Shown here piece after piece: positions 61,024 through 64,000 of a stretch of 64,000 bases of DNA. The stretch is taken from NCBI GenBank assembly GCA_018296565.1, contig GCA_018296565.1_3935.1; one strand, 5' to 3'. The notes under the pieces were generated by a model. That model was not told the origin of the DNA. It did not search any database and worked only from the letters and a program-made list of their open reading frames with translations. Source of the DNA: a phage. Numbering within the stretch: the first letter of the stretch is position 1; each line of letters opens with the position of its first letter. A program made the position numbers and the translations under genes.

Positions 61024-61253
61024 AGCAACTCCAGAATATCAATACGTTCACCTTTGAGTACTCCAGTACGGTCTTTTGCAATCTTACCTTCAACAATAAG
61101 AATGTGTGCAGACCTTAAAGTGTCGCTGTTAAAGGTTTTTACGAACCTACTAGGCATGACTACAATGCACATCTCCTGAATCAGCTCTGGAGTATAGCAG
61201 TTATCATGAAGTTGCTGAATAACGTCTGCAAGTGTCATTTTTGATATCTCCAA
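61020..61253 (-). CDS. hypothetical protein
   Basis: ORF, 77 aa. Confidence 0.45.
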   Translation of the reverse strand: MEISKMTLADVIQQLHDNCYTPELIQEMCIVVMPSRFVKTFNSDTLRSAHILIVEGKIAKDRTGVLKGERIDILELL

Positions 61254-61444
61254 TATTCAATGTCTATAAGTTCTTGTGCAATGCTTTTAAGGTTACTTTT
61301 AAGGAAAACTTTCTCACCACCAGACAGGGAAGTGTTATCAATGAGTCTATTCATTCTCTCAAACAACTTTTGCTTACGATTCTTGATAGTCTCCTTTGAA
61401 GCACCTTTCATCATTGCTGCATGAGTTCTTCCACGGTGGCTCAT
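61235..61444 (-). CDS. hypothetical small basic protein
   Basis: ORF, 69 aa. Confidence 0.4.
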   Translation of the reverse strand: MSHRGRTHAAMMKGASKETIKNRKQKLFERMNRLIDNTSLSGGEKVFLKSNLKSIAQELIDIEYWRYQK

Positions 61445-61505
61445 AAGCCCTCCTATATAAGATACAGTATAAGGTACTCTTCCATGAGAACCTTGTCAAT
61501 ACTAA

Positions 61506-64000
61506 TCAGTGAACCTCAAGCCAACTCTTTCCAACCTTACCTGTACCAGTTACAAGTGTTTCTTTCTTAAGACCTAAGTTCTTAGAAGCTTGCCCGTAAT
61601 ACCAATCAGTAACTGCTTTTACTTCTGCCGTCATACTCTCTGGACATTCCCAGCTAGTCTCATCGTGATATGCGCACAATAAGCGAGCACCTATAGCTGG
61701 TTTACGCCCATTTAGCTTCATCAACCCTTCGTCAATCATGCGACGACAAGCAAGGTTAATTGCCTCATTTTGAATCTGGGCCTCTGAACCCATCAAAAGG
61801 TAGTTCAACAGTTTGTGTGGAGATTTACACCACAACCAAGCTCCAGCAACCTTTACAAAACCCCCTTTAGAGATTGCAGCAGTCTTACCAAACACCTCTT
61901 CAAGTGCCTTTTTAGTTGCTTTGTAGTCAGCTTCCAAGTCATCTAACAGCTTCTTAATTTTAGGCAAACGTATAAAGTAAGTCTGTTTAGTCAGCGCACC
62001 TTCCTGAGTAGTCGCAGCTTTAATCGTCTTAGCAAACTTCTCATCACCTGCACCGAACAGCAGTGCATAGATACCATTCTTAGCTTTCTTACGACCTTTG
62101 CTAATCTCATGAAGAAGATTCTCATCCTGAGTAGCTCGACAAGTCAAGATGTCCTGCTCATCATTCAAGCTAAAGTAAATACTGTTCAGTGTATGTGCAT
62201 CAGTCCCTGAATAGACAACGTACAGGTCATTCTCAGAGTCATAGCGAAGGTACTTATCAATCTCTGGGTTGAGGTACTCATCAAAGTGTTTGCAGTAATA
62301 GCGTCCATCTTCTTGACGAATGAACTCAATTTCTTCTTTACCTTGCGTTACCGCTTTGGTGAAGTCTTTATCACCCATAAAGTTACAAAGTAGAACTAGC
62401 TGGGCTGAGTTCATATCTACAGAGACAACGTTAGTACCTTCCTCACAAATCCACACTGCCCTCATTGGTTCCCCATAGACAGCAGCACCAGACGGTACGT
62501 TTACAATACCATATTGTGTCATACGTCCAGTTGAAGTACCAAACACCATTGCACCAGCACTAAGGCGACCATCAGGACGAATCTGGTTCAACCAACCTTT
62601 TTCATCATCCTTTGAGTTCTCAATAGTTCTGCGTCGGTGCATCAAAGTATAGTACTTAGCAATCTTCTGTCCAAGCTCACCTTCAATCGTATCATAAGAT
62701 GATTCAGTAAGTTTTGGTGAAGTACGGATTAAGCAAGGCTCAAGCAAATCTGTGTACTTCTTCACAGACCAGTTATGCTCAATGTACTGTACACCTTCAT
62801 GTTCAACATAGCTCAAACCACACCGCTCAACCATTTCCTGCCACTTAGGATGTTTTGTAATCATCTTTTTATTGTCTTTGAAACGACAAACTTTGACAGG
62901 GCGACCGTCTGAGTCTTTCTTGTAGTTCCAGTCATCTGGAATCCAACCAACTGATTTCAAGTAGTCTTTTACCACTGCTACCTGAGTCATACGAGAAACT
63001 TCAAACTCAATTGGTGTATATGGTGCATCAATCAATCCTGTGTAGCGACTTGACTCAAGTTCAAAGTGGTTAACAACGTGGCTGTTATAGTACTTCACAG
63101 TTTTGACTGTTTTTACTGGCTTCCAGTCTTTGCATTTCTTACCAATCTTTGCATTCAACTCATTGCAAATTGCACGAGCATCCTTCATTGCTACAAAGCC
63201 TTCCTTGTACTCTTCACCAGTTACAGAGTTGGTTGGTGTATAGCAATTTCTCTTTTCAATGTTAAAAATCTTTGTAGTTGGCTTACCAAATGGTTTGATT
63301 TCATAAGTCTGCATCTCACCATTACGCACCTGCTGACGATACTTCGTCTTAGGGTACTTGGTAATTCTTTTCAGTCCATCTGCATGACCAAATGCTTCAA
63401 CATACTCATTCCAAGCTTTTGCAAACTCTTCTCCAGTGACTTTACCTTTGGTCTTAATAGTTGGAGGTAGATGTGGTTCAACCTCTGAAGCAAGCTCATT
63501 AGTCAACTTGTCAAGTTCCTTTACATGGAACTCCATAAGCTCTTTATCAGCTTTCCAACCATTGATAGCCTGTTGACTCATCCAGAAAGATGTCTCTTTA
63601 GCTCTCATGTAAGTTTCATAAGTGTCTATGCCACACTTCTTAAGCTTGAGATACTCGTTATCAAGTGCCCGTTTAGTTTTGGCGTTAATACGGATATCTT
63701 CTACAACACGAGTGAAGATTTCTGCATTCCACACACCCCAGTGTTCAATCTCTGGTTTACGAACACCAACACGAGCACCCCATGCAGCCAAACCATGAGC
63801 ACCTTTATAACCCTTTGGAGTTGGTCTATCCATCCACTGAACACGAGACTGGATAAGAGAATCCTGAAAGAAATTACTCCACGGTTTACACTTTGGATTA
63901 TCAAAGTTCCATAAATCAGGTGCAATGTGATTGAAAACCCACCAGTCATAACCGAGACCGTTATGGATGCAAAGACGTTTTGCCTTTAACGCAAACTCAA
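61506..64000 (-). CDS. family A DNA polymerase, N-terminus beyond window end
   Basis: Motif B-like RKKAKNGIYALLFGAG and motif C-like LLCAYHDE; frame remains open upstream of the annotated Met to nt 64000. Confidence 0.7.
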   Translation of the reverse strand, partial: EFALKAKRLCIHNGLGYDWWVFNHIAPDLWNFDNPKCKPWSNFFQDSLIQSRVQWMDRPTPKGYKGAHGLAAWGARVGVRKPEIEHWGVWNAEIFTRVVEDIRINAKTKRALDNEYLKLKKCGIDTYETYMRAKETSFWMSQQAINGWKADKELMEFHVKELDKLTNELASEVEPHLPPTIKTKGKVTGEEFAKAWNEYVEAFGHADGLKRITKYPKTKYRQQVRNGEMQTYEIKPFGKPTTKIFNIEKRNCYTPTNSVTGEEYKEGFVAMKDARAICNELNAKIGKKCKDWKPVKTVKTVKYYNSHVVNHFELESSRYTGLIDAPYTPIEFEVSRMTQVAVVKDYLKSVGWIPDDWNYKKDSDGRPVKVCRFKDNKKMITKHPKWQEMVERCGLSYVEHEGVQYIEHNWSVKKYTDLLEPCLIRTSPKLTESSYDTIEGELGQKIAKYYTLMHRRRTIENSKDDEKGWLNQIRPDGRLSAGAMVFGTSTGRMTQYGIVNVPSGAAVYGEPMRAVWICEEGTNVVSVDMNSAQLVLLCNFMGDKDFTKAVTQGKEEIEFIRQEDGRYYCKHFDEYLNPEIDKYLRYDSENDLYVVYSGTDAHTLNSIYFSLNDEQDILTCRATQDENLLHEISKGRKKAKNGIYALLFGAGDEKFAKTIKAATTQEGALTKQTYFIRLPKIKKLLDDLEADYKATKKALEEVFGKTAAISKGGFVKVAGAWLWCKSPHKLLNYLLMGSEAQIQNEAINLACRRMIDEGLMKLNGRKPAIGARLLCAYHDETSWECPESMTAEVKAVTDWYYGQASKNLGLKKETLVTGTGKVGKSWLEVH

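Overview
AT-rich window from what looks like a large virulent tailed phage (contractile-tail/myovirus-like). No integrase, transposase or CRISPR array was seen. Layout: (1) 1-4.6 kb, early/accessory genes including a signal-peptide lytic transglycosylase, an overlapping membrane-protein/lipoprotein pair (spanin-like) and a macrodomain protein; (2) 5.0-11.9 kb, an array of about 17 small plus-strand ORFs, most of them preceded by a near-identical hairpin-containing leader plus Shine-Dalgarno sequence (two leader families); (3) 11.94-13.6 kb, a 1.6 kb non-coding block packed with short iterated motifs; (4) 13.6-21.8 kb, minus-strand genes including a GH24-type lysozyme and a protein with three tandem Ig-like repeats; (5) 22.0-23.9 kb, a vWA/MIDAS protein that resembles Ro60, directly upstream of (6) a roughly 5.6 kb tRNA array (about 25 canonical tRNAs plus several tRNA-like or degenerate elements) with an embedded HNH endonuclease; (7) 29.8-53.7 kb, a morphogenesis module (terminase large subunit, portal, S49-like protease/scaffold, decoration-like protein, major capsid, sheath, tube, chaperone pair with a -1 frameshift site, tape measure, baseplate genes, two tail fibres with His-x-His repeats); (8) 53.7-64.0 kb, minus-strand nucleotide-metabolism and replication genes (thymidylate synthase, DHFR, ATP-dependent DNA ligase, family A DNA polymerase running off the window end) separated by two unusual strand-biased ACC-rich repeat blocks. 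All calls come from reading the sequence and ORF translations by eye; no searches or folding programs were run, so tRNA coordinates are approximate to a few nt and functional calls rest on recognised motifs.
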